Source of the DNA: Myxococcales bacterium
GTDB lineage: Bacteria > Myxococcota_A > UBA9042 > UBA3505
Reading direction: 5' to 3'
DNA length: 64,000 bases
NCBI GenBank assembly: GCA_002728755.1
Contig: PBVT01000123.1
Location: 538-64,537 of the forward strand
Part shown: one piece after another, positions 9,287-19,427 of the stretch
How positions within the stretch are numbered: position 1 is the first letter of the stretch
How the letters are laid out: each line of letters starts with the position of its first letter
Notes under the pieces: model-generated
What the model saw: only the letters and a program-made list of their open reading frames with translations
Told to the model about the DNA's origin: nothing
Databases searched by the model: none
Translations under genes and position numbers: made by a program

Positions 9287-9651
9287 GATGCGCAGATTCC
9301 CCAGAGAAAGCGGTCCATGCCCTGATACAGGCCGCCAATTCCAACGACACCAAAAAGCTGCAGGAGCGGGTCAGTCAGCGCTCCCTTCCCTTGCTCAATC
9401 TGGCTCTGGAATATGGCACAACCACATCAGCCATTGCTCTTCCGGCCAACACCAGCCCCTATCGCATACGAGAGGTACTGCCCGCAGGTAAGGGCATCGT
9501 CTATGCGGTTGTAGAGCAGGATTCCGACGTCTATCGTCTGCCCTTGGTTTTTGAACGGGGCCGATGGCGAATCGAGCTGCTCCTCATGGGCGACGATGCA
9601 AACTACCAGCCCCCGCCACATTCGCCCCCGACCGCCCCCCCTCTACCATAG
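9262..9651 (+). CDS. Putative small lipoprotein of about 125-135 aa. The start codon is unresolved because no in-frame ATG or GTG follows the tRNA.
   Basis: The frame of track ORF 9115..9651 encodes a textbook lipobox (PRAVLLLAVLFVLGC-ADSPEK) and a protein-like mature part. The upstream part of that ORF overlaps the tRNA and cannot be coding. Candidate starts are the CTG at 9262, the TTG at 9274, or a non-canonical ATA at 9244 that would give MPRAVLLLAVLFVLGC. The signal peptide is encoded by the terminator hairpin itself. Confidence 0.35.
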   Translation: MLAVLFVLGCADSPEKAVHALIQAANSNDTKKLQERVSQRSLPLLNLALEYGTTTSAIALPANTSPYRIREVLPAGKGIVYAVVEQDSDVYRLPLVFERGRWRIELLLMGDDANYQPPPHSPPTAPPLP

Positions 9652-9686
9652 TGCGAGACGATCCGGTGTTCGAAGACGAACAAAAA

Positions 9687-10586
9687 ATGCAGCGTCTGAG
9701 TGTGGGCGTTCTGATCATGGGTGTGGCCATTGTCAGCACCGCTGCCGTCTTGATTCGACTCGCGGAGGCCCCCAAGCTCAGCGTCGCGTTCTGGCGTATC
9801 ACCATCGCTGCATTGCTGCTCCTACCTGTATGGCTACGTCCCCAAAGACGGGCCGCGATACAGGCATTAAGTGGGCAGCAGAAGTGGTCTCTTATCGGAG
9901 CAGGTTTTTTCCTCGGAGTGCATTTCGCCACCTGGATCTTAAGCCTCGCCTATACCAGCGTGGCGGCCTCCGTCCTCCTGGTTACCACGAACCCTGTCTG
10001 GGTAGGCCTTATGAGCCCCTGGATTCTGGGCGAACGCCTTCCTCGCCGCACCTGGTTTGGAATTATCGTGGCCTTGAGCGGAACTGCCATCGTAGGAATG
10101 GACTTCCAGTCGGGTGATTTTTCGAACCCCGCGCTGGGCAATATGTTGGCTCTATGCGGCGCAATCGCCATGAGCTGCTATCTATTATTTGGGCGTAGGG
10201 TACGGCCGTCCTTAGACATATGGACCTACACATCGGCAACACTTCTGGTCGCCTGGTGTGTTCTGGCCGGTACGATCCTCGCGACGCAGACCCCAATCCA
10301 TGGTTTCCCGCGCCAGGATTGGTTGGTATTTACGGCACTGGCTCTGGGCCCACAGCTCCTCGGCCATGGCTCCCTCTCCTGGGTACTGCGCTATATCCGA
10401 GCCGAAATGGTTGCAGTGGCCCTTTTGGCGGAACCCATTGGTTCCGCGGTGCTGGCGTGGGTGATCTTATCGGAGATCCCGGGTCAGGGCGTCTGGTTTG
10501 GTGGCCCCATCCTTATTCTTGGGATCGGAGTGGTGGTCCTGGGTAAACGTCCAAAAGGCCTGGAAAAATCAGGCCGGGCGTCATAA
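9687..10586 (+). CDS. EamA-family (DMT superfamily) transporter
   Basis: About ten predicted TM helices and two EamA-like halves. The ATG at 9687 (MQRLSVGVLIMGVAIV) sits just before the first TM helix. The upstream part of the track ORF, from 9564, is a chance extension. Confidence 0.85.
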   Translation: MQRLSVGVLIMGVAIVSTAAVLIRLAEAPKLSVAFWRITIAALLLLPVWLRPQRRAAIQALSGQQKWSLIGAGFFLGVHFATWILSLAYTSVAASVLLVTTNPVWVGLMSPWILGERLPRRTWFGIIVALSGTAIVGMDFQSGDFSNPALGNMLALCGAIAMSCYLLFGRRVRPSLDIWTYTSATLLVAWCVLAGTILATQTPIHGFPRQDWLVFTALALGPQLLGHGSLSWVLRYIRAEMVAVALLAEPIGSAVLAWVILSEIPGQGVWFGGPILILGIGVVVLGKRPKGLEKSGRAS

Positions 10587-10596
10587 GGTCAGCTCT

Positions 10597-11718
10597 ATGA
10601 CTCGAAGACCTTTAGTACCCGATGCTGTCGCTAGACTTCGTCCCTACGAACCGGGACGAACGGAACAAGAGATCCGTGAAGCGTACGGTCTATCGCAAGT
10701 CATCAAGTTGGCCTCCAACGAATCCGCGTTGGGTCCATCCCCAGCCGTAGAAGCCGCTGTGCAGAATTCCCTGAAGAATGTGCACCGGTACCCATCGGCT
10801 GGGCAGTCCAAACTCCGCGCAATGCTCGCAGAGCACTTCCGCGTTAAGCCAGAGAATCTGGTTCTGGGATCGGGCAGTGAATCGATCATGGCCTGTATTA
10901 TCCGAGCCTTTCTCCTGGACGATGATGAAGCTATTACCAGCGACAACACATTTATCGGGTTCAACGTCTTAATCGCCTCCCGTGGTGTGCTCACCCATCG
11001 CGTTCCGATGACGCCGGACTACCGATTTGATCTACAAGGCATCGCAGACCGCATTAACGAGCGAACCAAGATCATCTATGTGGCCAACCCCAACAATCCC
11101 ACGGGTACCTATATAACCGCGAACGAGTTCACCCGGTTCATGGAACGGGTACCGGAACATGTTCTGGTGATCTGGGATGAAGCCTATTTTGAGTATGCGC
11201 AGGATTTGCCCGATCTACCCGACTCCATGCGCTACCGCCTGGATAATGTGATCACCTTGCGCACCTTCTCCAAGGCCTACGGCATGGCGGGCTTCCGGCT
11301 CGGTTACGGCCTCGCACATGAAAACCTGATCCGCCATATTCGCAAAGTACGGCTTCCCTTTGAGCCCAGCGTGCTGGCCCTGGAAGGTGGAGTCGCAGCC
11401 CTGGAAGACCAGGAGCATATGCGGCGTGGCCTCGCCATGAACCAGACAGAAAAAGTCCGCGTGATGCAGGGGCTGCGCGAGCTGGGATTCGAACCCGTCC
11501 GCTCCGCTGGGAATTTCTTAATGGTGCCCTGTGATACAGCCAACGCTATGGAGCTTCTGCTCGAACAAATGGTGCAGCGAGGTATCATTGTTCGTGGGCT
11601 AAAGGCCTTTGGTCTACCGAACGCGTTTCGGGTCACCATCGGTACTCCGAATGAGAACACCGCCTTCCTGAACACCCTGTCTGAAGTCCTCTCGACGACC
11701 GACGGACTGGGGTCATGA
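10597..11718 (+). CDS. hisC: Histidinol-phosphate aminotransferase
   Basis: Class-II aminotransferase signature (NPNNPTG, TFSKAYGMAGFRLGY with the PLP lysine) and HisC-like N-terminus (LRPYEPGRTEQEIREAYGL..IKLASNES). Start taken at MTRRPLVPD. Confidence 0.9.
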   Translation: MTRRPLVPDAVARLRPYEPGRTEQEIREAYGLSQVIKLASNESALGPSPAVEAAVQNSLKNVHRYPSAGQSKLRAMLAEHFRVKPENLVLGSGSESIMACIIRAFLLDDDEAITSDNTFIGFNVLIASRGVLTHRVPMTPDYRFDLQGIADRINERTKIIYVANPNNPTGTYITANEFTRFMERVPEHVLVIWDEAYFEYAQDLPDLPDSMRYRLDNVITLRTFSKAYGMAGFRLGYGLAHENLIRHIRKVRLPFEPSVLALEGGVAALEDQEHMRRGLAMNQTEKVRVMQGLRELGFEPVRSAGNFLMVPCDTANAMELLLEQMVQRGIIVRGLKAFGLPNAFRVTIGTPNENTAFLNTLSEVLSTTDGLGS

Positions 11719-12221
11719 ACCCGGGTGACATCGCCGATCTTTTGCAGATGTTCGGAGAAGATCTCGCCTCTCGCGTCATGGAAATACCACGAGAAGAGCG
11801 TACCCAGGCACGCCAGATCCTGGCGTCCACATTTCAGATAGAACAGAGACTTCGGGACGACCCCACGTCTGTACCGTTATCGGAAGTTCGCCAGATCTTG
11901 CAGGACCTGGACTCTTTATTGGTACAGGTTCTCCCCACCAGAGATGCCATCGACATTGCCCGCCTTACCGATGGTTGGCGCTCGTGTTGGCCCGTGCGAA
12001 TACGTGAAACGGTAAAGGCTGAAATGATCCCATGGTTGACGAACTTTCTCGACACAGACGAGCGGTTCCAGGCGCGGATCGAATGGCTCTTCGAGCGCTC
12101 CGAGAAAGCCGCGCAGACCGTCGGTGGGCTCATGAAACCATCGGACAAGACGGCAGAGGATACCGAACGTCACGATCATTTAGAGCTTGTGGTGCGCAGA
12201 TCTCCCAAGAAGCGACGCTGA
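11715..12221 (+). CDS. Hypothetical protein, 168 aa, translationally coupled to hisC
   Basis: An ATGA overlap with the hisC stop. Protein-like helical composition and no recognisable motif. Confidence 0.55.
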   Translation: MNPGDIADLLQMFGEDLASRVMEIPREERTQARQILASTFQIEQRLRDDPTSVPLSEVRQILQDLDSLLVQVLPTRDAIDIARLTDGWRSCWPVRIRETVKAEMIPWLTNFLDTDERFQARIEWLFERSEKAAQTVGGLMKPSDKTAEDTERHDHLELVVRRSPKKRR

Positions 12222-12307
12222 AGAGTGGTGCGCCCGTGAACGAAATTGACACGCAGGTTGCACCAACCTACGCTCATCACGGTTGAAGAGAGGCGGGCAT
12301 TCTCACC

Positions 12308-13927
12308 ATGGCGAAGAACGAACAGGGACGAGCATTGGGCTCCGTAGCTGCCGGTCACCCGGACACAGCAGCCGCAGCACATGCGATCCTCCTGGAGGGA
12401 GGTAACGCGATCGATGCCGCTATCGCTGCGATCCTGGTCAGCACGATCGCTGAGGGCCCATTAACGGGTCTGGGCGGTGGAGGATATGCAACCGTTCGCG
12501 ATACAAATGGCGAGGTCTATTCCGTCGATTTCTTCGTCGACACGCCGGGTCTTGGCCTCGAGCTGACCACAGAGCGCCGTACGCGGGGATTTCATGGGGT
12601 CGACATCGACTTTGGCAGTACGAACCAGGTCTTTCACGTAGGAGGTGGATCCATCGCGGTCCCCGGCCTGCCTCTGGGCGTGGAACACCTATCCAAGCGC
12701 TTTGGAACCCTACCCATGTCTCGTCTGGTCGAACCGGCCATACAGGCCGCGCGAGATGGCATCGTGGTCACAGACGCGCTGGCACAGATGGTAGACATTC
12801 TCCAGGATATCGCTTGTGGCTCCGACATGGGACACGCCTTCTATTGTCCCAACGGTGCTCTACCCAGGTCGGGCGACCGTCTACTATTGCCACAAGCGGC
12901 TACCTACCTCGAGGACTTCGCGCAACGTGGCGCAGAGCCCACCTACCGAGGTGATATCGCCCAGAAAATGATCGACGCTGTCGATGCAGCCGACGGGTAT
13001 CTCACCTCGAAAGATCTCAGCTCGTATCGAGTCAAAGAAACACCTTCCGAACAAAGTAGCCTGGGGAATATTCGCCTACATATGCCCCCCGCACCAGGGC
13101 TGGGTGGCCCCCTCATCGCCTTCGCTTTGGATATTCTCGGGGCCGATACAGAACGCCTTCACGACTTCGGTGAAGCGGCTATTATTCGCCTTGCAGCAGC
13201 CCAGGCAGCCACCGACTCCTTTCGGAACGAAATCGTCGATCCACTTCTTTTGACGGGCTACGGCGGCGTGCAGCACCGAAACCAAGACATCCAGAACAGA
13301 TACCGTCAACGCTATGAGGCGTGGCTCGAGAAGCCCCATGGATTGGCCACACCGGTCCCCTCCTCCGCTGTGGGGAGCACAACCCACATCTCCGTCGTCG
13401 CAGGCGACGGCACCGTCTGCTCGGTAACGACCAGTAATGGAGAAGGTTCAACCGTGTGGATCGAGGAGCTCGGATTCCACATCAATAATATGCTTGGAGA
13501 AGAAGATCTGCATCCTGGCTCCTTCCATCGATATGACGCAGGTATACGCCTGCCCTCTATGATGGCCCCCACGATCGCCGAAACACCGGATGGACGAATT
13601 GTTGCCCTCGGTAGTGGTGGAAGTAACCGGCTACGCTCAGCCATTCTACAAGTGGTATTGCATCATCTGGCCCGCAATGAATCCATGGCCAACGCGACGC
13701 AACATCCGCGAGTACACCTGGAAAACGGTATCCTTGATATCGAGCCAGGTATCGACACGGCTATCGTGAACAGCTTGGCGCAGAAGGGCATGCATATCAA
13801 CCGATGGAACCAGACCAATCTTTATTTTGGTGGTGTCCATGCGGCCGGTACAGATGCGAACGGACAGTTCAGTGCGGCCGGAGACCCACGCCGTGGCGGA
13901 GTGGCTATGATCGCCACATCCAGCTGA
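12308..13927 (+). CDS. ggt: Gamma-glutamyltranspeptidase
   Basis: TGLGGGGYATV near the N-terminus and the autoprocessing nucleophile context GSTTHISVVAGDG...TTSNG are characteristic of GGT. Confidence 0.92.
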   Translation: MAKNEQGRALGSVAAGHPDTAAAAHAILLEGGNAIDAAIAAILVSTIAEGPLTGLGGGGYATVRDTNGEVYSVDFFVDTPGLGLELTTERRTRGFHGVDIDFGSTNQVFHVGGGSIAVPGLPLGVEHLSKRFGTLPMSRLVEPAIQAARDGIVVTDALAQMVDILQDIACGSDMGHAFYCPNGALPRSGDRLLLPQAATYLEDFAQRGAEPTYRGDIAQKMIDAVDAADGYLTSKDLSSYRVKETPSEQSSLGNIRLHMPPAPGLGGPLIAFALDILGADTERLHDFGEAAIIRLAAAQAATDSFRNEIVDPLLLTGYGGVQHRNQDIQNRYRQRYEAWLEKPHGLATPVPSSAVGSTTHISVVAGDGTVCSVTTSNGEGSTVWIEELGFHINNMLGEEDLHPGSFHRYDAGIRLPSMMAPTIAETPDGRIVALGSGGSNRLRSAILQVVLHHLARNESMANATQHPRVHLENGILDIEPGIDTAIVNSLAQKGMHINRWNQTNLYFGGVHAAGTDANGQFSAAGDPRRGGVAMIATSS

Positions 13928-14070
13928 AAACAATGGGCTCGAAATCGTCGACGACAGCTCGTGTCAGGTTTTCTTTGACAAGCGCGATAAAATTGTGCGT
14001 TTTGGCTATCAGTACCGTGGATTCAGATCTACGAACCTAGACAATCCTACATCGAAGAGGACCCGCGCCC

Positions 14071-14664
14071 ATGATATCTCTCAGCGTAAAGCTGTACCTC
14101 ATGAAGGAAGGAACGATCGACGACGTGATCGGATCCAATGATCAAGACGTGATCGCAAACGCTCAGGAGAGCCTGTCTGCATCCAACTTGCCCGCTGATA
14201 TCCAAGACGCCGTAGCATTAGCTATCGAGACCCTTATAACGACCTCAACCCCTCCCGTTCATCTCGACTTGATTCATACATTGGCAATCACCGAGATCGT
14301 GCGTCAGATTGGGACCGAAGTCGATATGGAAACGATGGAATCCGTTCCAAGCCTTCAGACCGTTCTCCGAGCTATGGGACACCTCATCGATTATAATCTG
14401 GACGCACACTTCTTCAGTAATCCGCCACCTCCATTCAAAGCGATCGATGCGGCCGGTACCCCTCATGATATTGGGTATCTCGACCCCGACGAAGTGACGG
14501 AGCTCGCAGACGTTCTCTCGGCTGCAGACCTGAACGACAACCAACTGGATGAGTTCAGCGAGGAGTATGGGATCGAGCTCATGGAGGAGCTTATAGAACC
14601 CCTCTGCGAGGCCTTGGACGAAGCAAGCGCGCAAGGACTTGAGATCGTCGTACTCTCCGGCTAA
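14071..14664 (+). CDS. Hypothetical acidic protein, 197 aa
   Basis: A long ORF rich in Asp and Glu, lying in a patch of lower GC (about 50%). No recognisable motif. Confidence 0.5.
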   Translation: MISLSVKLYLMKEGTIDDVIGSNDQDVIANAQESLSASNLPADIQDAVALAIETLITTSTPPVHLDLIHTLAITEIVRQIGTEVDMETMESVPSLQTVLRAMGHLIDYNLDAHFFSNPPPPFKAIDAAGTPHDIGYLDPDEVTELADVLSAADLNDNQLDEFSEEYGIELMEELIEPLCEALDEASAQGLEIVVLSG

Positions 14665-14745
14665 TACGACGAACAATCGGCATACTCGTCCCCGGAAAAG
14701 TAGAAGAGACTTGACCCTGTTATATGGATCCGGCAAGGCTTTCAT

Positions 14746-15252
14746 GTGGTCACGCTACGAAACATTCTCTGCATGAACCTTGGGTTTATCCTGCTTCTGA
14801 GCATGGCATGTGCTCCTACGCAAGAGCAGGAGAAAGAGAATAGGGATCCGGGTCAGCTGACCATCGAAGTCGGCCAACAAAGTCTCGTGCTCGACAATTG
14901 CCTGTTTCGCACAACGGAAAAGCCCCGAAGCGCACAGCTTGTGGGGACCAATGCTGACGGATCCATGTTCTTTCTGGAGATTAAAGAGAACCAGGGAAAC
15001 CCCAGCGCAGGCATGTCCTTCGAAGCCGGGCTTTTTGTTTTAAAGCTGGCTGTCCCTGTTCAGTCGGGTGAAGACCGGGTCTATCAGAACCACAGCTACC
15101 GACTGACGTCGGAATACCGCGGCATGGAGCTCCGGCTTACGACCCTGGATGATAGAGCCAAAGGTCGTGTCTCCGGCCAGTGTGAAGATCTGGCCAACGG
15201 TCGTTCCCACGAAGTACGCGGTAAATTCGACTGTATCGTAGAAGCCCCCTGA
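14746..15252 (+). CDS. Hypothetical lipoprotein
   Basis: Signal peptide with lipobox (MNLGFILLLSMAC-APTQEQ). Hydrophilic mature part. Confidence 0.6.
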   Translation: MVTLRNILCMNLGFILLLSMACAPTQEQEKENRDPGQLTIEVGQQSLVLDNCLFRTTEKPRSAQLVGTNADGSMFFLEIKENQGNPSAGMSFEAGLFVLKLAVPVQSGEDRVYQNHSYRLTSEYRGMELRLTTLDDRAKGRVSGQCEDLANGRSHEVRGKFDCIVEAP

Positions 15253-15261
15253 GCCGACCGG

Positions 15262-15870
15262 CTATCCTTCGGTCTCGTCCTCGGTTTCGTCCGATTCTGT
15301 TCCTTCGTCGGCTGGCGTTGGATCCCCATGTTCGGGCGAGTCGGTACCGGTATCAGCAGGCGTTGGATCACCATGGCCAGCAGGATTGGAGCTTCCGTCG
15401 GCCGGGGTAGGATCACCGTGGCCAGCCGGCATCTCATCGGCCGGTGTTGGATCGCCATGCCCTGGCGCATCATCACCAGGTAGCGGAACCGCCGGAGTGG
15501 GATCGCCGTGATCTAACGGGTTCTCGTCCGCCGGTGTGGGATCGCCATGACCGTCGGCTCCGTTGGCATAGTAATCCGCACAGGCATCGATGATCTCCTG
15601 TGGGATCTCCACACCATATTGGAAGCTATTCTGTAGCCAGAAAAGACAGAGATCCTGTTGTGACCAGGAGGTCTCAACCCCGTTGGAGAGCCGGACCATA
15701 ATCATCACATCGTTTGTCTCGGTCGATAGGGAATAGTCGGTGATAAAGCCCACCGATTCATTCGGATTGACCTGTGCGCCATCCTCAAAGAGGCCAGAAT
15801 CAGATACCGGCTCACAGGCCTGGAGAACCAGGGCCAACAGCAGCAGAATCGTATGGAACCGAGCTATCAT
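15262..15870 (-). CDS. Lipoprotein with six C-terminal HGDPTPAD repeats, a possible metal-binding protein
   Basis: Lipobox [19 protein letters not shown]. Six copies of (G/D/E)HGDPTPA(D/V) between residues 108 and 188, followed by an acidic tail. Its ATG overlaps the stop of the upstream sigma-54 activator (ATGA). Confidence 0.7.
   Translation of the reverse strand: MIARFHTILLLLALVLQACEPVSDSGLFEDGAQVNPNESVGFITDYSLSTETNDVMIMVRLSNGVETSWSQQDLCLFWLQNSFQYGVEIPQEIIDACADYYANGADGHGDPTPADENPLDHGDPTPAVPLPGDDAPGHGDPTPADEMPAGHGDPTPADGSSNPAGHGDPTPADTGTDSPEHGDPTPADEGTESDETEDETEG
15307..15549 (-). repeat. In-frame tandem repeat encoding six HGDPTPAD units
   Basis: Repeated ggatc(a/g)cc(a/g)tg(g/a)cc-containing units are visible in the DNA. 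The repeat lies within the lipoprotein gene. Confidence 0.8.
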
Positions 15871-18800
15871 TTCAACCCGTACTCCTTCACTTTACGAGAC
15901 AGTATCGTACGTGTCATTCCCAAAAGACGGGCCGCCGCCGCAATATTCCCATCCGATTGCTTCATCGCCTTGGCAATATATTCCAACTCTATCTGCCGTT
16001 GGAGGCGCTTGAGCGAGAAGCCGGGTGTCAGCTGCCAATCATCCAACGATACGGGGCGGTCCTCGGTAGAGTTCAAGCCCTTCGCTTCACCGGGGCCAAA
16101 TAGGCGCACCAGATCGGCCGTAATACGACCGTTCTCGGAGAGGTGGATCAGTCGCTCCAGAACATTTCGTAGTTCCCGCGTATTGCCCGGCCAATCGTAG
16201 GTCTCCAGAACATCAAACGCGTCCGAATCGATTTCTACATCCTCTGCAAAGGGAAGCTCTGCAATAATCGAATGGGCGAGCGCCCGAAGATCGGAGATTC
16301 GATTGCGTAGAGACGGTAAACCCAGGGTCATGCCCGAAATACGATAATAGAGGTCGAGGCGGAATCGGCCCTGATCAACCAGCTCCTTCAGATTTCGGTT
16401 CGTGGCAAGCACAACGCGCGCATCGGAACGAACAATCTCCGTGCCACCGACACGATGGAAGGTCCCGTCTTGAAGCACGCGGAGCAAGGCCACCTGCGCA
16501 CCCATAGAAAGATCACCAATCTCGTCGAGGAATAATGTACCACCATTGGCCAGCTCGAATTTTCCTGGCTTCTTGCGGTAGGCACCCGTAAACGCACCTC
16601 GTTCATGCCCGAAGAGCTCGGACAACAATAAGGTTTCGGCGAGTGCGGCCACATTCACACGTACCATCGGACCATGGCTTCGGTTCGACCAGGAATGAAT
16701 AACCTCGGCCACCAGCTCTTTCCCGGTACCACTTTCCCCCTCAAGAAGAACCGGTGCATCGGACGATGCATACCGCTCGGCCAACGCGAGGGTGCGAAGT
16801 AAGGCAGGGTGTTGCCCTGCTATTCGGCCAGGGGTTCGGGACGGTTTTGTTACGATATCAGGCTGAGTCGGCTGTTCCATTCGTTTCTCCTGCCTCTGTG
16901 CAAACCCTTCAAGCTTCTTGAACCACGGTCGTCCAATGAAGCCATCACGGTCCGAATCCAATACCGACTCCCCTAACTCAATAATGATCGTTCGCGCCTC
17001 ACGTAAGACACGATTGGCCTGCCCACTCTCCCCCTGGGAACGGTACGCAGCAGACAAGATGATACGGGCTTCCCAACGTAGCGCCGCGTCACCGGTCTGA
17101 TCCGACTGCTCAATCAGAGGTGCAAGAATAGCAATCGCACGCTCTGACTCTGTCACCGCTAGACTCCAGGCCCGTGTCCAATCCCAGGCCTGGCGTGTAG
17201 AGAGTCCGATCTCCGCAGGCGCTTGGCCCGGATCGTTCAGCGTTCCACCAGCCAGTAGCGTGTTTTGCATTCGTAGAATTTGAATCCGGGCATCTCGCTC
17301 CGCTTCCGGCTCCACACATAGAGTCAGCGCACGATCCAGATGTCCGTCGGCTGCGACGTACTGTTCATCCATCATGAACGCACGGGCTCGCCGAATAATC
17401 GCATCGATTTCAAGTTTCGTATGCCCCGCCTGTTTCGCAGATTCTTCCGCCAGAGCACAGAGTCGCCGAGCCGAGGCTGCACGGCCAATGGTCGTCTGTA
17501 CGTCGGCCAGAGCGAGAAGATTACGAATCCGCCCATGGAAAGACGGCAGAACATCCAGTTGCTGCACGCTATCTTTGAAGGCTTCCTCTGCGACTCCATA
17601 GTGGCCCAGATACTCACGGGCGATAGCCATATTCGCCAAAGTGATCGCGCGTTCCAATCCCAGCCCGGCCTGCTCAAAAAGCAGCGAGACGGCCTCAAAT
17701 TCCGAGGCTGCATCCTCGTAGCGCCCCTCGGAAAGCAAAGCAATCGCCATATTTCCGCGAGTACGTGCCGACCCCACCTGAAGGTGCTCGCGTCCAAGAG
17801 ATTGCAGATCCTCTCGTGCCGATTCGATCCGGCCCAGAAGAAGATTACAGCGAGAGCGTACCAGGCACGCGGTCGATTCCGAGTCGCCCACCTCCGCTAA
17901 TAACTCCAAAGCCTTCTCGGCTTCTCCGTCCGCATAGAGGATATGTGCCTTCAGACAGGTTCCGGCCTCGCCATCAACCGGGTCTTGAGCGAGATGCCGA
18001 AGCAGATCATCGGCCTGGTTCTCAATTCCTTCTTGCACCAGTGCAGCGAAGCTCTGTCGTACGGTATCGGAGTCGATCGCCGGGACAGGTGTTAGAACTT
18101 CAATGGCTTCGTTATTTCGCCCCTGATCAAGCAGAGTACGCGCCAATTCCCATACGACCTCGTCTGCTCCAGAGCCGATAGAGGCTAGTTGAATCGCAGC
18201 CTCATGACGCCATTGTGTTCGTAATTGGCGAACCGTGTCGGGAACAAGGCCCCATAAGGATCCGGAGGCTACGAATCGAAGAGGCGCGAGTCGTGCCAGA
18301 TCACATGCGCTGTCTGGATCGCGGGTGAATCGATAATGGGTGGCCAGAAGCTCGACAAACGCCGTTTGGCGGTCCGTCGCTCCACCCCCAGCGGGAAACG
18401 GAAGCCTGGTTTGCACATAATCAGAATCCAGCTCCACAACGTCTGCGTCGGCGAGTTCGTTCAATGCCCGTATTACATTGGTCTGCGACAACATCGTCAG
18501 CCCCGGAAGCGCGTCCCGGTGCACGAGTCGAGCCAATGTATCGAGCGCGAACCAGCATTGCTGTGCATCGTCGGACAGGTCCGGTACGATCAACCGTGAA
18601 TACGCCATCGGATTACGCCGGACAGGATCCGGAACCGCCATCGCATGCGGGGCTTCAATTCGTGGGACATCGGTCTCCTGACCATCTGGAATAAGGAGCA
18701 GGAGTCTGCCCTTGGGCTTGCGATGAGAAAACCGTGAGAGCTGATGGTTTTGCCAGGGGTTCGCGAGGGATTCTGCCAATTCCACAGCGTCCGAATAGCG

Positions 18801-19208
18801 GCGCAGGTCGAGCACCAACAACATCGGGGTCTGTTCCATTACGGCATACAACATACGAGACAGGAGATGGAGAACACCGGCCCGTCTTCGTGGTGCGACT
18901 CGCCCCTGGGAAGGATAGCCATCCAGGCTACGCTTCAACGACGTTCCCAGCTCGCGGGCTTCCGTCGAGATGTGTGCATGACGGCGGTCATCGAGGACCA
19001 CATCGACCAGGTCCTTAAGAAGGCGTGGCATGCTCTCACCAAAGGTGAGGCGCACAACTGGGCGTGTCTGGTCTCGAGCCAACACATCGACCATTCCATA
19101 TCCCCCCGAAGGAGACATACAGGCGACAGCATGCAAACCAGCCTGCATCCACTCATTGAGTGTAAGTCGGCTAGAGACGTTCGCGTTTTGTGGCTGGGGC
19201 CGATTCAT
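15867..19208 (-). CDS. Sigma-54-dependent transcriptional activator, 1113 aa, with a ~780-aa N-terminal sensory region containing TPR-like helical repeats
   Basis: The C-terminal third carries the sigma-54 AAA+ interaction domain ([38 protein letters not shown]) and a Fis-type HTH ([23 protein letters not shown]). The N-terminal region is helical and TPR-like (e.g. [19 protein letters not shown]) with no receiver domain. The first ATG was used as the start; an internal start is possible. Confidence 0.88.
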   Translation of the reverse strand: MNRPQPQNANVSSRLTLNEWMQAGLHAVACMSPSGGYGMVDVLARDQTRPVVRLTFGESMPRLLKDLVDVVLDDRRHAHISTEARELGTSLKRSLDGYPSQGRVAPRRRAGVLHLLSRMLYAVMEQTPMLLVLDLRRYSDAVELAESLANPWQNHQLSRFSHRKPKGRLLLLIPDGQETDVPRIEAPHAMAVPDPVRRNPMAYSRLIVPDLSDDAQQCWFALDTLARLVHRDALPGLTMLSQTNVIRALNELADADVVELDSDYVQTRLPFPAGGGATDRQTAFVELLATHYRFTRDPDSACDLARLAPLRFVASGSLWGLVPDTVRQLRTQWRHEAAIQLASIGSGADEVVWELARTLLDQGRNNEAIEVLTPVPAIDSDTVRQSFAALVQEGIENQADDLLRHLAQDPVDGEAGTCLKAHILYADGEAEKALELLAEVGDSESTACLVRSRCNLLLGRIESAREDLQSLGREHLQVGSARTRGNMAIALLSEGRYEDAASEFEAVSLLFEQAGLGLERAITLANMAIAREYLGHYGVAEEAFKDSVQQLDVLPSFHGRIRNLLALADVQTTIGRAASARRLCALAEESAKQAGHTKLEIDAIIRRARAFMMDEQYVAADGHLDRALTLCVEPEAERDARIQILRMQNTLLAGGTLNDPGQAPAEIGLSTRQAWDWTRAWSLAVTESERAIAILAPLIEQSDQTGDAALRWEARIILSAAYRSQGESGQANRVLREARTIIIELGESVLDSDRDGFIGRPWFKKLEGFAQRQEKRMEQPTQPDIVTKPSRTPGRIAGQHPALLRTLALAERYASSDAPVLLEGESGTGKELVAEVIHSWSNRSHGPMVRVNVAALAETLLLSELFGHERGAFTGAYRKKPGKFELANGGTLFLDEIGDLSMGAQVALLRVLQDGTFHRVGGTEIVRSDARVVLATNRNLKELVDQGRFRLDLYYRISGMTLGLPSLRNRISDLRALAHSIIAELPFAEDVEIDSDAFDVLETYDWPGNTRELRNVLERLIHLSENGRITADLVRLFGPGEAKGLNSTEDRPVSLDDWQLTPGFSLKRLQRQIELEYIAKAMKQSDGNIAAAARLLGMTRTILSRKVKEYGLK

Positions 19209-19427
19209 GGGCGGACAACCTAGCAGTTCACGCGTACGCGATCTAGTAGTATTCCAAAATCCCCCTTAATCTCATGGGGTTTCGGCGATCGTTGGATTGG
19301 CTGAATTCCCACGTATCTGCGGTGGGCCAATCCAAGCCAAACGGGAAAAGTCCGTTGACATGGCCCCGTCCACCGGGGCAAGGTGCTCTCCCTTCAAGGT
19401 TTACTATTCGAGTGGAGAGGTACATTC

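Noticed and set aside
9239-9700. Integrative element at the tRNA-Leu 3' end
   Set aside because: There is no integrase, no direct repeat of the tRNA 3' end and no GC discontinuity downstream. An EamA transporter and hisC follow directly.
13312-13933. Minus-strand ORFs 13312..13644 and 13646..13933, plus similar antisense ORFs at 20080..20502, 49375..49845 and 55532..56053
   Set aside because: They are fully contained within confidently assigned genes (ggt, asd, ftsK, uvrD) on the opposite strand. Their Arg/Pro/Ser-rich low-complexity translations are typical of high-GC shadow ORFs.
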